Source: an uncultured Candidatus Saccharibacteria bacterium (GTDB lineage: Bacteria > Patescibacteriota > Minisyncoccia > Phycocordibacterales > UBA9973). From it: a stretch of 64,000 nt of DNA. The notes beneath the pieces are model-generated. The model was not told the DNA's origin. It was given only the letters and a program-made list of their open reading frames with translations, and made no database searches. The stretch is taken from contig CAZXCN010000003.1 in the NCBI GenBank assembly GCA_964639185.1, positions 14,059 to 78,058 on the forward strand. Direction: 5' to 3'. Position 1 is the stretch's first letter. Every line of letters begins with the position of its first letter. The translations under genes were made by a program, and so were the position numbers. Below are positions 38,171 to 47,546 of the stretch, in pieces.

Positions 38171-38255
38171 AAATATAGGGTTGACCCCGTTAGAAGCAGG
38201 TCGCCCCAAGGTGATCGTAGCACTCCCGTACTCAGGAAGGTGGCTACTAACGATA

Positions 38256-38284
38256 TTGACAAATATGCTTAAAAGGTATATAAT
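38256..38284 (+). promoter_or_regulatory. Consensus sigma70 promoter (TTGACA-17 nt-TATAAT) ending 10 nt upstream of the ATG (leaderless or near-leaderless)
   Basis: ttgacaaatatgcttaaaaggtatataat then atataaact ATG. No Shine-Dalgarno. Confidence 0.6.
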
Positions 38285-38293
38285 ATATAAACT

Positions 38294-38686
38294 ATGAAAA
38301 AAGGAGTATTAATAATTTCAATATTTATTTTATCAATAAGTTTTGGGCTGACAGCTTTCCCTCAGTCAGCAAATGCTGTGTGGGGTCTAAATGTTGGTTT
38401 GGGTTTTGGTAATGGTGGTTATGATAATTATGGTGGAGGCTACTCCTCATATGGTAACAATTATGGCAATAGTCCTTATGGCTATGGCTACAATGCGCCT
38501 TACAACGGAACTTGGGGTAATAATGCTTATACTAATCCATACGGTAGTTATTATGGTAACTACGGTAACAACAATAATGCAAGGCTTAATGTAGGTATTA
38601 ACTTTGGTTTCAATAATTATGGTGCTAACACTTATGGTGGATACGGAGGTTACTCATGTATGCCAACAAACATCTGGGGTTGCTAA
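38294..38686 (+). CDS. Secreted Gly/Tyr/Asn-rich low-complexity protein (130 aa) with a signal peptide and a C-terminal Cys pair
   Basis: Signal MKKGVLIISIFILSISFGLTAFPQSANA, then GYGYNAPYNGTWGNNAYTNPYGSYYGNYGNNNN ... CMPTNIWGC. Confidence 0.55.
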   Translation: MKKGVLIISIFILSISFGLTAFPQSANAVWGLNVGLGFGNGGYDNYGGGYSSYGNNYGNSPYGYGYNAPYNGTWGNNAYTNPYGSYYGNYGNNNNARLNVGINFGFNNYGANTYGGYGGYSCMPTNIWGC

Positions 38687-38699
38687 ATTTAAAATAAAC

Positions 38700-38742
38700 A
38701 AAAATCACTTGGAAGTCAGACTTCCAAGTGATTTTTGTTTAT
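38700..38742. terminator. Bidirectional rho-independent terminator between convergent genes
   Basis: aaatcacttggaagtc-aga-cttccaagtgatttttgttt (perfect 16-bp stem). Confidence 0.75.
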
Positions 38743-39785
38743 TAATCTTCGTTTATTTTTTCTAGCAACATTGGCTCGAGCTCTATACTCTCGCCAGTGA
38801 TCTTCATAATATCTTTATCTACTTTTTTGAATTCTTTTTGGCTGGCTTGGTAGTGGTTGATAACTGTACCAATAGAATTACCAAGCTTGTTGTGATATTC
38901 CTCATACGATTTTAAATGTTTAGTCAATTCACCAACACGCTTTACTATATCTTTTGCACTCTCTTCTATCTGCATAGCTTTGAGGCCTTGGAGTACTGTT
39001 TGCAAATAAGCTAGGAATGAAGTAGGGGATACAATAATGACTTTGTATTTACTTGCAGCACGCTGAATCAGGTTTTCGTTGTCTTCATTCAGCCCTCCTA
39101 TTTTATTTATAAGCAAGTCATAATATATGGCTTCGTGAGGGATGAACATAAAGGCAAAGTCCATTGTGTTTTGATCGGGTTGGATATATTTACTTGTCTC
39201 GCTTATTCGCATTTTCAAATCATTTACAAAAGTTTTCTCTAATCTTTCTTTTTCAGATTTATCATTTGTTTCTACCATGCGATTATAATTCTCGAGCGAG
39301 AATTTAGAATCAATAGGAATGATTTTGTCTTTTACAAATACTACAGCATCGACAATAGTACCATCGGGGAATCCGTATTGCATTTCATAGCTTCCAGGTG
39401 GCATGACATTTTTTAATAAAGTTTCCAAATAATATTCACCGAGCACACCACGCTGTTTTGGGTTCTTCAATATGTCTTGCAAGCTCTTGAGCTGGTCGGC
39501 AAAAGATACAACTTGTTTATTTGTCTCATCGAGGCGTGTAATCTTCTCTGTGATGTCACCTATAATGCGAGATGTTTCGCTTGATTGATAGCGCATAGTC
39601 TCATTTACCTGTTTACTTGATTCATGGAGCTTGTTGTCCAGAGTCCGAGTCATCTCATTCATTTGCGCTAGAATCAATTTTAGCCCTGTATCATCAGCTT
39701 GCGTATCCTTTTTACTACGAGTAAAAAAGTAACCTACTACAAGCCCAGCTAGTACTGCAATTATTATAAATAAAATATTTGTCAT
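38742..39785 (-). CDS. rmuC: DNA recombination protein RmuC
   Basis: N-terminal TM, a long coiled coil and the RmuC C-terminal domain (GVLGEYYLETLLKNVMPPGSYEMQYGFPDGTIVDAVVFV... MFIPHEAIY). Confidence 0.7.
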   Translation of the reverse strand: MTNILFIIIAVLAGLVVGYFFTRSKKDTQADDTGLKLILAQMNEMTRTLDNKLHESSKQVNETMRYQSSETSRIIGDITEKITRLDETNKQVVSFADQLKSLQDILKNPKQRGVLGEYYLETLLKNVMPPGSYEMQYGFPDGTIVDAVVFVKDKIIPIDSKFSLENYNRMVETNDKSEKERLEKTFVNDLKMRISETSKYIQPDQNTMDFAFMFIPHEAIYYDLLINKIGGLNEDNENLIQRAASKYKVIIVSPTSFLAYLQTVLQGLKAMQIEESAKDIVKRVGELTKHLKSYEEYHNKLGNSIGTVINHYQASQKEFKKVDKDIMKITGESIELEPMLLEKINED

Positions 39786-39889
39786 ATGTGTATTTTAGCA
39801 TAAACCTAAAAATGAACCTTATTTTCTAAACCTTTACAAAACCAATTTAGTATGTTAATTTAAAGAAAAATATTTAAAAATAAAATATC

Positions 39890-41716
39890 ATGAACAAAAG
39901 ATCCTTATTGCTCAAAAATTCTAGTGTAGAGATTAACAACACTGAAAAATTTGGATTGCTTCAATTTTTGCAATCCATCACTAACTCCATTCCCATGCCA
40001 CGTCTTTGGTTGCCTAATAATGATTACGATTATATGGGTTCCTTTCAGATCAAAGAAAAAATCGAAAAAAATGGCTTAAATTTTTTATCAAACATTGAAA
40101 TAGACTACGTAACTCTCTTGCAAAGACAAGAATTTATTAAATGGTTCTTTGGTAACAAGGAATTCATTAACTTCCTTTTGACTACAACTGTGCCGGTAAA
40201 AAAAAGTAGCGGTAATCGTTACTCTGATGTTACCGATGTTTTGGCAATGCGTCGTTATCTGTCGAATCTTTTAAAGTATCTAGAGGAACATCCTTATAGT
40301 GCTTCTTTTGCAAAAAAAGTGAAAAAAGAGTTATCTGATTTCAGGCAGATTGATTCCTTGGTAAGCTCATGTCACTCAATTACACTACAGGGAGTATGTT
40401 CTTTTACTCCAGAAAATCATTCCAGGAAATTTTTTCTTAATACGAAAAATTTGGAGTTAAAATTGGTTGGAAAAAATAAAAAGTACATACTAACTATTAT
40501 TGACTTTTTAGAGGGAAATGTTGATTCTATGAAATGTTGTTTAGAACAAAAAGGTGGAGATTCAAAAATGCCATATGATATTTGCGAAGCGATTTTTTAT
40601 GCAATTTTTACTTTATATAATGATGATATTAAAAAAATATCAGAAAATAAGAAGGGTAACGTGCATATAAAGCTTGAATTTTCAGACATTCAATTAAGAA
40701 GTGTGCAATGTATGTTGTCAGTACAAGGATTCGGTAAAAAGCATGTATTGTATCCTGTGAAAGTCGATCCGACGAGTAACAGTTACGAAACTGTTGAATT
40801 CCATGTTCTGCCAGAAAATGATTCTATTACAAAACACAGAATACTCACTAAAGTTTTACCTATTCAAAAATTGATGGATCTTCCTGGAAAAGAATCAGCA
40901 GGCTTATCAAACGGGTTCATTAATAAAATGACGAATACGGTAAGTGAATTTTTTCGACAATCTGATTCTTTTAAGGAATTGATTTTTTTGGCCAGCATTG
41001 CTCACTACTATCATAAATCTGGTAAAGTTTTTGTTTTCCCTAAAATTCTTCCAAAAGAAGAAATGAAGCTGAAATCAATAGCAAGTATCAATCCTTTGTT
41101 TATTGATGCAAAAAAATCGGTGCCAAATAATGTAATGTTGAATAGAAAGATATTGGCGAATGTGATTTATGGTGCAAATACTGGAGGAAAGACAGGTTAT
41201 GTAAATATGTTTATTTTAAATCAAATTTTGACTCAAACAGGATTACCTATTTTTGCCAAAAATGCCGAAATTTCCATGAAGGACAATATTCTCCTTCATT
41301 ATCCTGAAGGTGCAGAAATAAGCCCAAATGAATCAAGGTTTGATGCTGAGCTATCTCGATTGGAAACGCTATTAAAGCAGTCTACTAAATATAGCCTCAT
41401 AGTATTTGATGAAGCTTTTACAGGGACAGAGGCAGAAGTCGGTTCTTCTCAGTTGCAGGATGTGATTTTTGTGTTGAAGACATTGGGATGCCATTTTATG
41501 GTAACTACTCATTTTCATGGATTAATTGATTTCATTGATAAAATGGAATCTTTAGAAAATAAACATTTTAAATTGCCCAATCCTAACGGCGTCAAAAAAT
41601 TTAATTATAAAATCCAACCTAATGGATCAACTCAATCTTTTGGCCTTGATGTTATTCGTAGAAAAAAATTAGATCTTGAGTCAATGTTGAAATTAGTAGA
41701 AAAGAAAACTACTTAA
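39890..41716 (+). CDS. MutS-family ATPase (domain V only) with a ~400-aa N-terminal region of unknown homology; no mismatch-binding or Smr domain
   Basis: C-terminal ABC/MutS ATPase: Walker A GANTGGKTGYVNM, MutS signature SRFDAELSRLETLL, Walker B SLIVFDEAFTGTE and TTHFHGL (the ATHYHEL equivalent). The N-terminal 400 aa are unrecognised. Confidence 0.6.
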   Translation: MNKRSLLLKNSSVEINNTEKFGLLQFLQSITNSIPMPRLWLPNNDYDYMGSFQIKEKIEKNGLNFLSNIEIDYVTLLQRQEFIKWFFGNKEFINFLLTTTVPVKKSSGNRYSDVTDVLAMRRYLSNLLKYLEEHPYSASFAKKVKKELSDFRQIDSLVSSCHSITLQGVCSFTPENHSRKFFLNTKNLELKLVGKNKKYILTIIDFLEGNVDSMKCCLEQKGGDSKMPYDICEAIFYAIFTLYNDDIKKISENKKGNVHIKLEFSDIQLRSVQCMLSVQGFGKKHVLYPVKVDPTSNSYETVEFHVLPENDSITKHRILTKVLPIQKLMDLPGKESAGLSNGFINKMTNTVSEFFRQSDSFKELIFLASIAHYYHKSGKVFVFPKILPKEEMKLKSIASINPLFIDAKKSVPNNVMLNRKILANVIYGANTGGKTGYVNMFILNQILTQTGLPIFAKNAEISMKDNILLHYPEGAEISPNESRFDAELSRLETLLKQSTKYSLIVFDEAFTGTEAEVGSSQLQDVIFVLKTLGCHFMVTTHFHGLIDFIDKMESLENKHFKLPNPNGVKKFNYKIQPNGSTQSFGLDVIRRKKLDLESMLKLVEKKTT

Positions 41717-41744
41717 AAGTAAATATACTTTATTCTTGAAACAA

Positions 41745-41786
41745 AAAATCGCTCAAAGTCTTGAAAAAACTTGAGCGATTTTTTTA
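41745..41786. terminator. Bidirectional terminator between the MutS-like gene and the exonuclease gene
   Basis: aaaaatcgctcaaag-tcttgaaaaaa-cttgagcgatttttt. Confidence 0.6.
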
Positions 41787-41790
41787 TTTT

Positions 41791-42510
41791 TTAATGCAAC
41801 ATTCCTAAATAATGTTTTAATGTATATATCCAATCTTCGTCATCGGGGCTTTGTTCCAACTTTTGATTCAATAACCATTGTAAATATCCTGAATCTATTT
41901 TGGATACTTCCTCAATACTCTTGCCCTTGTGTTTACCAAAATTAAAGTCACGCATTAGTGACGGGTGTGATGACATTTCAAGCATCTTTGTTATGGCTTT
42001 ATCCTCGCTACCTTCTTGGTCGACAGCTTTTTTATACAGTCTTTCAAACAATTTCTCTAGTACACGTACATCACCGAGTGCATCATGAGCTTGGGCATCT
42101 ACTTCTATTTCCAGCAAGTAACGCAAGTACTGTAAACCGTATTGGCTGATCTTGCCTTCTTTATCGAGCCCCCGTGCACATCGTAATGTACATATAAAAT
42201 TCTTCGGATAAATATCTTCTTTGTGCATCATGCCTAAGTCAAACTTGGCATTGTGAGCAATAAATATAGAATCATTATCTTCAAGTAAATCTTTCATCGG
42301 CTGGTAATCTCTGCTTTCTTTAAAGCTTGGCTTGTCAGCTACATGTTTGTTTGTGATGTGTGTTATTGCACTTGCTTCGGGTGGAATAGGTATCGCAGGC
42401 TTGTACAATTCGCAGAATTCGGTTCCGTCGAGTTTATATGCTATCTGACACAATACATCAGATGGTGTATTGCCTGTTGTCTCAGTATCTATAAATATAA
42501 GTTTTTTCAT
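41791..42510 (-). CDS. DEDDh 3'-5' exonuclease (DnaQ-like) with a C-terminal extension
   Basis: Exo I FIDTETTG, Exo II FIAHNAKFDLGMM and Exo III HDALGDV. A C-terminal ~70 aa (FGKHKGKSIEEVSKIDSGYLQWLL) resembles DUF3820/QSregVF_b-type tails. Confidence 0.75.
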   Translation of the reverse strand: MKKLIFIDTETTGNTPSDVLCQIAYKLDGTEFCELYKPAIPIPPEASAITHITNKHVADKPSFKESRDYQPMKDLLEDNDSIFIAHNAKFDLGMMHKEDIYPKNFICTLRCARGLDKEGKISQYGLQYLRYLLEIEVDAQAHDALGDVRVLEKLFERLYKKAVDQEGSEDKAITKMLEMSSHPSLMRDFNFGKHKGKSIEEVSKIDSGYLQWLLNQKLEQSPDDEDWIYTLKHYLGMLH

Positions 42511-42544
42511 TTTCTTATTGTATCATATTTGCTATAATAAAATC

Positions 42545-42997
42545 ATGTTACATGAACAAATAAAAGGTGGAATAAAGGAAGCAATGATGGCTCGCGACGC
42601 AGTGCGCCTCGAAGTATTACGAGGTCTGTCTGCTGCTTTTACAAATGAACTTGTTGCTACAGGACATACTCCTCAGGAGATGCTCAATGATGAACAAGCC
42701 CTAGCTGTTATTATTCGTACAGCAAAACAACGCAAAGATTCAATCGAGCAATTCACAAAAGGTGGCCGTATGGATTTAGCACAAGAGGATCAGGCCCAAT
42801 TAGCAGTATTGGAAGTATATTTACCGAGGATGATGGAGCGTAGCGAAGTAGAGGACATAGCTCGTGCAAAGCAAATAGAGCTCGGATTCACAGACCCTGC
42901 TAAAAAAGGAATGTTTATGGCAACCTTGATGAAGGACCTAAAAGGTAAAGCCGATGGAAATGTAGTAAAAGAAGTCGTCGATTCATTATTTAATTAA
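42545..42997 (+). CDS. yqeY: GatB/YqeY domain protein
   Basis: MLHEQIKGGIKEAMMARDAVRLEVLRGLSAAF ... LAVLEVYLP is the YqeY pattern. Confidence 0.7.
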   Translation: MLHEQIKGGIKEAMMARDAVRLEVLRGLSAAFTNELVATGHTPQEMLNDEQALAVIIRTAKQRKDSIEQFTKGGRMDLAQEDQAQLAVLEVYLPRMMERSEVEDIARAKQIELGFTDPAKKGMFMATLMKDLKGKADGNVVKEVVDSLFN

Positions 42998-43015
42998 TTT
43001 TTTTAAAAAAATATT

Positions 43016-43360
43016 ATGAGGATTATTTTACATTGGATTATTCTTTCTGTTGCAGTGTGGGGTACGACTAAGGTTATGCCTGGCATTACTGTTAACCCTG
43101 TATGGGTAGCAGCAGTAGTAGGTGCTTGTCTAACACTATTCAATATGTTTCTAAAGCCGGTTATAAATGTACTAACATTGCCTTTGAATCTACTGACACT
43201 CGGGTTCTTTTCATTAATCGTAAATGGTTTTATATTTTGGTACCTTAGTACAATATTAAAAGGTTTTACTATTACTAGCTTTACAGCAGCATTTGTGGGG
43301 GCATTGGTAGTGTCACTCTTGAATTGGTTGATCACAAAAGTATTTCGATTTGACCTATAA
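43016..43360 (+). CDS. Phage-holin-4-2-like small membrane protein (4 TM)
   Basis: Four TM helices with LTLPLNLLTLGFFSLIVNGFIFWYL and ...LVVSLLNWLI, resembling the Phage_holin_4_2/YvlD family. The antisense ORF 43003..43374 is rejected. Confidence 0.45.
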   Translation: MRIILHWIILSVAVWGTTKVMPGITVNPVWVAAVVGACLTLFNMFLKPVINVLTLPLNLLTLGFFSLIVNGFIFWYLSTILKGFTITSFTAAFVGALVVSLLNWLITKVFRFDL

Positions 43361-43363
43361 TAC

Positions 43364-43972
43364 ATGTTAAGCATTCACTTTATTAGTCATTTTGTAGAGA
43401 ACCACGCCATAGTGGCTTATATTCTAATATTTCTAGGAGTACTTATTGAGGGTGAGATCATTGTTATATTGGCAGGTATATTTGCTTATCTAGGTTCATT
43501 GAATGTTGTTTTTTCTGGAGTAGCAATTTTTCTGGGTGGAGCAATAAAATCTATGATTGGTTACTCGTTAGGGTATTATTTGCAAAAGCATCATTCGCAT
43601 AGAATCTTTTTAAGAAAGATCGAAAAGCGTATTACCTACTTTTTACCACGCTTTACTAACAAGCCTTTTTGGTCTATATTTATATCACGATTCTTTATTC
43701 TAGGGTTGAACTGGTTTACCCTTATATTCTCAGGATATAAGAGGGTAAATATAAAGACATATCTCAAAGCCGAGATTTGCTCCCTTATTGTGTGGATGAC
43801 AGCCATGTTCTCACTAGGTTATTCGTTCAGCTACGCAGCTCTTAATGTTAGTCGAGATATACGTAAATTTTTTGGATTCCTGATTCTATTTTTTATACTA
43901 TTTTTCTTTGTTAGAAAGTTAATAGCATTTATTATAGAAATAAATAGTAAGTTGGATATTGATTCAAATTAA
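43364..43972 (+). CDS. DedA/SNARE-associated-like membrane protein
   Basis: AYILIFLGVLIEGEIIVILAGIFA resembles the DedA N-terminal motif; multi-TM. Confidence 0.4.
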   Translation: MLSIHFISHFVENHAIVAYILIFLGVLIEGEIIVILAGIFAYLGSLNVVFSGVAIFLGGAIKSMIGYSLGYYLQKHHSHRIFLRKIEKRITYFLPRFTNKPFWSIFISRFFILGLNWFTLIFSGYKRVNIKTYLKAEICSLIVWMTAMFSLGYSFSYAALNVSRDIRKFFGFLILFFILFFFVRKLIAFIIEINSKLDIDSN

Positions 43973-43977
43973 ATAAA

Positions 43978-44874
43978 ATGAAATTTTTTAATAAAAAGAA
44001 AATATTAGTAACACACAACAGTACATTTCATGCTGATGATGTTTTTGCTACAGCAGTACTATCAATACTTTTTAAAGACAATGTTCGTATTATTCGTACT
44101 CGTGACGAAGCTTTGATAAAGAGTGCCGATGTAGTGTACGATGTAGGTGGTGAAGATGACCCAGATCATGACAGGTTTGATCATCATCAAATAGGTGGTG
44201 CAGGCAAGAGGGCAAATGGAATACCTTATGCAGCTTTTGGTTTAGTATGGAAGAAATATGGCGAGCATTTATGTGGCAGTAAAGCTTGTGCTGATAGGGT
44301 AGATGAGAGGTTGGTGCAGCCTATCGATGCAAATGACAATGGTATGGATTTGTTTAGTGATACTGCAATTACTGCACCATATTTAATACAAAATGCTTTT
44401 TATTCTTTTAGACCTAGCTGGAAGGAGGAACAAGATTATGATTCAGCTTTTATCAAAGTAGTAAAGATAGCAAAACAGATTCTAGAGAGGGAGATAATAA
44501 AAACACGCGATGCACTCGATGGGCAGAGCTTGGTGTACGAAGCTTACCAGAAATGCGATGATAAGAGGTTGCTAATACTTGATACCAAGCTCCCTTGGGA
44601 GGAAGTTGCTACATCGTATGGGGAACCACTATTAGTTGTTGCTCCACGACCTGATGGTAAATGGAAAGCCGAAGCCGTATTTATCAAGTCAGGTTCTATT
44701 GAACGCAAGATTAAATTACCGGAAAGTTGGGCTGGACTTCGTGATGAATCATTGGCCAAGGTAACTGGGGTACCGGATTCAGTATTTTGCCACAATGGGC
44801 GGTTTATGGTAGTGGCTATGAGTAAAGAAGGCGCAATCCAATTAGCAAAGCAGGCTTTAGCAATTAATAAATAA
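43978..44874 (+). CDS. MYG1/UPF0160 family metal-dependent hydrolase
   Basis: ILVTHNSTFHADDVFATAVL is the UPF0160 N-terminal signature. Confidence 0.7.
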   Translation: MKFFNKKKILVTHNSTFHADDVFATAVLSILFKDNVRIIRTRDEALIKSADVVYDVGGEDDPDHDRFDHHQIGGAGKRANGIPYAAFGLVWKKYGEHLCGSKACADRVDERLVQPIDANDNGMDLFSDTAITAPYLIQNAFYSFRPSWKEEQDYDSAFIKVVKIAKQILEREIIKTRDALDGQSLVYEAYQKCDDKRLLILDTKLPWEEVATSYGEPLLVVAPRPDGKWKAEAVFIKSGSIERKIKLPESWAGLRDESLAKVTGVPDSVFCHNGRFMVVAMSKEGAIQLAKQALAINK

Positions 44875-44887
44875 AGAATTAAATTTT

Positions 44888-45859
44888 ATGTTAATAGATG
44901 AAATAAAAATAAATGCAAAGGCTGGTCGTGGTGGTGACGGGGTAGTACGATGGCGTCAGGAAAAATTCGTAGATAAAGGTGGTCCAAATGGTGGCGACGG
45001 TGGGCATGGTGGTGATGTGTACGCATTAGGTGTACAAGACATAAACTTGCTTGCTAAATATAAACACAAGAAAAAATTCGAAGCCGAGGACGGCAAGGAG
45101 GGTGCTGGTGGAAGCAGGCATGGTAAAAGTGGCGAGGATTTAATAATTGAATTTCCAATAGGTTCTATTATTACCAATATTGCAAGTGGTGATTTTGTGT
45201 CATTGGAAACTGAAGGGCAAAAGGAATTATTGCTCCGAGGTGGCCAAGGTGGGTTCGGTAATGAAAGATTCAAGAGTTCAATAAACACTACTCCGACAAA
45301 AGCTACCAAAGGTATATTTGGCGAGGAAGGTAATTTCCAAATAGAATTGCATTTGTTTGCAGACGTTGGATTGATAGGTTTACCAAATGCTGGCAAGAGT
45401 TCATTGTTGAATTCATTAACAAATGCTAATGCAAAAATCGGGGCTTATCAATTTACTACTTTGGATCCAAACTTGGGCGAATTCCATAAATTTATACTTG
45501 CTGATATTCCTGGGCTTATCGAAGGTGCAAGTGAGGGTAAAGGTCTAGGTATCAAATTCCTAAAGCATATTACTCGTACCAAAATGTTGGCACACTTGGT
45601 AAGCTTTGAAAATGCAGACATGATGAAAGTATACAAAGAGATACGTCATGAATTAGAAAATTATGATAAAGAATTGGCTGAAAAAGATGAAATTATTATT
45701 TTAACAAAGACCGATGTTGTAACTGACCCAAAGGTTATTGAAAAAGCAAAGAAGGAATTTGCAAAATTAAAAAAGCCGGTATTTGTATTGTCATTGTTTG
45801 ATGATGCGATGGTAAAACAATTCAGCGACGATTTTATAAAACTTTTACGAGTAAAATAA
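44888..45859 (+). CDS. obg: GTPase Obg
   Basis: Gly-rich Obg fold (GGDGGHGGDVY, GGQGGFGN). G1 GLIGLPNAGKSSLL, G3 DIPGLIEGA and G4 TKTD. Confidence 0.9.
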   Translation: MLIDEIKINAKAGRGGDGVVRWRQEKFVDKGGPNGGDGGHGGDVYALGVQDINLLAKYKHKKKFEAEDGKEGAGGSRHGKSGEDLIIEFPIGSIITNIASGDFVSLETEGQKELLLRGGQGGFGNERFKSSINTTPTKATKGIFGEEGNFQIELHLFADVGLIGLPNAGKSSLLNSLTNANAKIGAYQFTTLDPNLGEFHKFILADIPGLIEGASEGKGLGIKFLKHITRTKMLAHLVSFENADMMKVYKEIRHELENYDKELAEKDEIIILTKTDVVTDPKVIEKAKKEFAKLKKPVFVLSLFDDAMVKQFSDDFIKLLRVK

Positions 45860-45871
45860 TTTATTTATAAA

Positions 45872-47302
45872 ATGGAACAGAAAAAATATTACACAACAAT
45901 AGGGCTCGAAATCCATGCTGAATTAAAAACTAATTCAAAGATGTTTTGTGGTTGCAAAAACAATGTTGACATACTCGACGAGGGTGTAGAATACAAGCCC
46001 AATGTTTATATCTGCCCTGTGTGTATGGCACACCCAGGTACATTGCCAATGCCGAACAAGGAGGCTATAAAAAGTGTAATAAAAGTAGGTTTGGCACTCG
46101 GTGGCGATATTGCTGATTTTACTGAATTTGATCGCAAGAATTATTTCTATCCAGATATTCCAAAAGCATATCAGATATCACAGTTAAAATACCCGATAGT
46201 TCGAGGTGGAAATTTAGCAGGGGTTGCTATCACTCGCGTACATTTAGAGGAGGATACAGCAACATCATCACACTCTGTCGATGGGTCACTTGTTGATTTT
46301 AATCGCGCTGGTGTACCGTTGATGGAATTAGTTACCGAGCCTGTAATACATAACATAAATAAAATAAGTGAATTTGCCAGTGGCTTGCAGACACTACTGC
46401 GCTACCTGAAAGTTTCCGAAGCAAATATGGAAATGGGCCAAATGCGTGTTGAAGTAAATATTTCTGTACATCCTGAGGAAGGTAAATTTGGTATACCAGT
46501 AGAAGTGAAGAATATTGCATCATTCCGTTCGGCTGAAAGGGCAGCACTATATGAACAGAAGCGCATGATCGACCTATGGGAGTCTGGTAAGCAAAGTGAA
46601 ATAGTAAAAGAAACTCGTGGTTGGAACGAAGACAAGCAAGCTACATTTAGCCAGCGCACAAAAGAGAACGCCGAGGATTATCGTTATTTCCCCGACCCAG
46701 ATATTTCGAAATTATATTTAAGCAAGCTTTTTGATATTGAAAAAATCCGAAGTGAACTTCCTGAGCTTCCTGAAGCAAAGCGTGTACGGTATCAGAATGA
46801 TTTTGGAATCAAAGATGAAGATATAGAAACATATATAATAGACCAAGATCTTGGTATATGGTTTGAAAGTGTGGCAAGTATTCTAAATGATAAAAATAAA
46901 GTAAAGACTGCTTCAAATTATATTACATCAGACTATATAGGATTAAAGAAATCAAATGACAGTATCAAGCTTCCAAGCTCTGAGAATTTTGCCGAGCTTG
47001 TAAATATGGTTGCAGATGGGCAAGTGTCTTCACGCGGAGCAAAAGATATATTGGCTATGATTGTAGTTGAAGATGCCAGCCCTATGAAAATAGCAACTGA
47101 GAAAGATTTGATACAGAAGAATGATGAGGGTGCATTGAAAGAAATATGTCAGAAGGTGATAGACGCCAATCCCGATGTTGTTGCTTCATACAAAGCCGGC
47201 AAGGAGCCTGTATTAATGGCATTGGTGGGCCAAGTAATGAAAGAGTCAAAAGGATCTGCGAACCCGCAACTAGTTCAGAAAGTATTAAAGGAGTTAATCT
47301 AA
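45872..47302 (+). CDS. gatB: Asp-tRNA(Asn)/Glu-tRNA(Gln) amidotransferase subunit B
   Basis: YYTTIGLEIHAELKTNSKMFCGC is the GatB N-terminus; the C-terminal YqeY-like tail is present. Confidence 0.9.
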   Translation: MEQKKYYTTIGLEIHAELKTNSKMFCGCKNNVDILDEGVEYKPNVYICPVCMAHPGTLPMPNKEAIKSVIKVGLALGGDIADFTEFDRKNYFYPDIPKAYQISQLKYPIVRGGNLAGVAITRVHLEEDTATSSHSVDGSLVDFNRAGVPLMELVTEPVIHNINKISEFASGLQTLLRYLKVSEANMEMGQMRVEVNISVHPEEGKFGIPVEVKNIASFRSAERAALYEQKRMIDLWESGKQSEIVKETRGWNEDKQATFSQRTKENAEDYRYFPDPDISKLYLSKLFDIEKIRSELPELPEAKRVRYQNDFGIKDEDIETYIIDQDLGIWFESVASILNDKNKVKTASNYITSDYIGLKKSNDSIKLPSSENFAELVNMVADGQVSSRGAKDILAMIVVEDASPMKIATEKDLIQKNDEGALKEICQKVIDANPDVVASYKAGKEPVLMALVGQVMKESKGSANPQLVQKVLKELI

Positions 47303-47306
47303 ATAT

Positions 47307-47546
47307 ATGGAAGATAAAATAAAACCAGGGCAAATATATAAACACTACAAAGGTGATACTTATAAAATTATTACTTTAGCAAAACATTCTGAGACTCGTG
47401 AATGGATGGTGGTTTATGAAAGACAAACAGATATAGTTCATAATGGGTGGAAAATGCAAGTTCGCCCACTCGATATGTTCATGGAAGACGTAGATGTCTC
47501 AGAATATAATTACAAAGGCCCCCGTTTCCAATACATAGAAGGATAA
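47307..47546 (+). CDS. DUF1653 family protein
   Basis: GQIYKHYKGDTYKIITLAKHSETREWMVVYE is the DUF1653 signature. Confidence 0.6.
   Translation: MEDKIKPGQIYKHYKGDTYKIITLAKHSETREWMVVYERQTDIVHNGWKMQVRPLDMFMEDVDVSEYNYKGPRFQYIEG

Noticed and set aside
43003-43374. 123-aa minus-strand ORF
   Set aside because: It is antisense to the holin-like membrane protein, which has a clear TM pattern. The minus ORF has no features.
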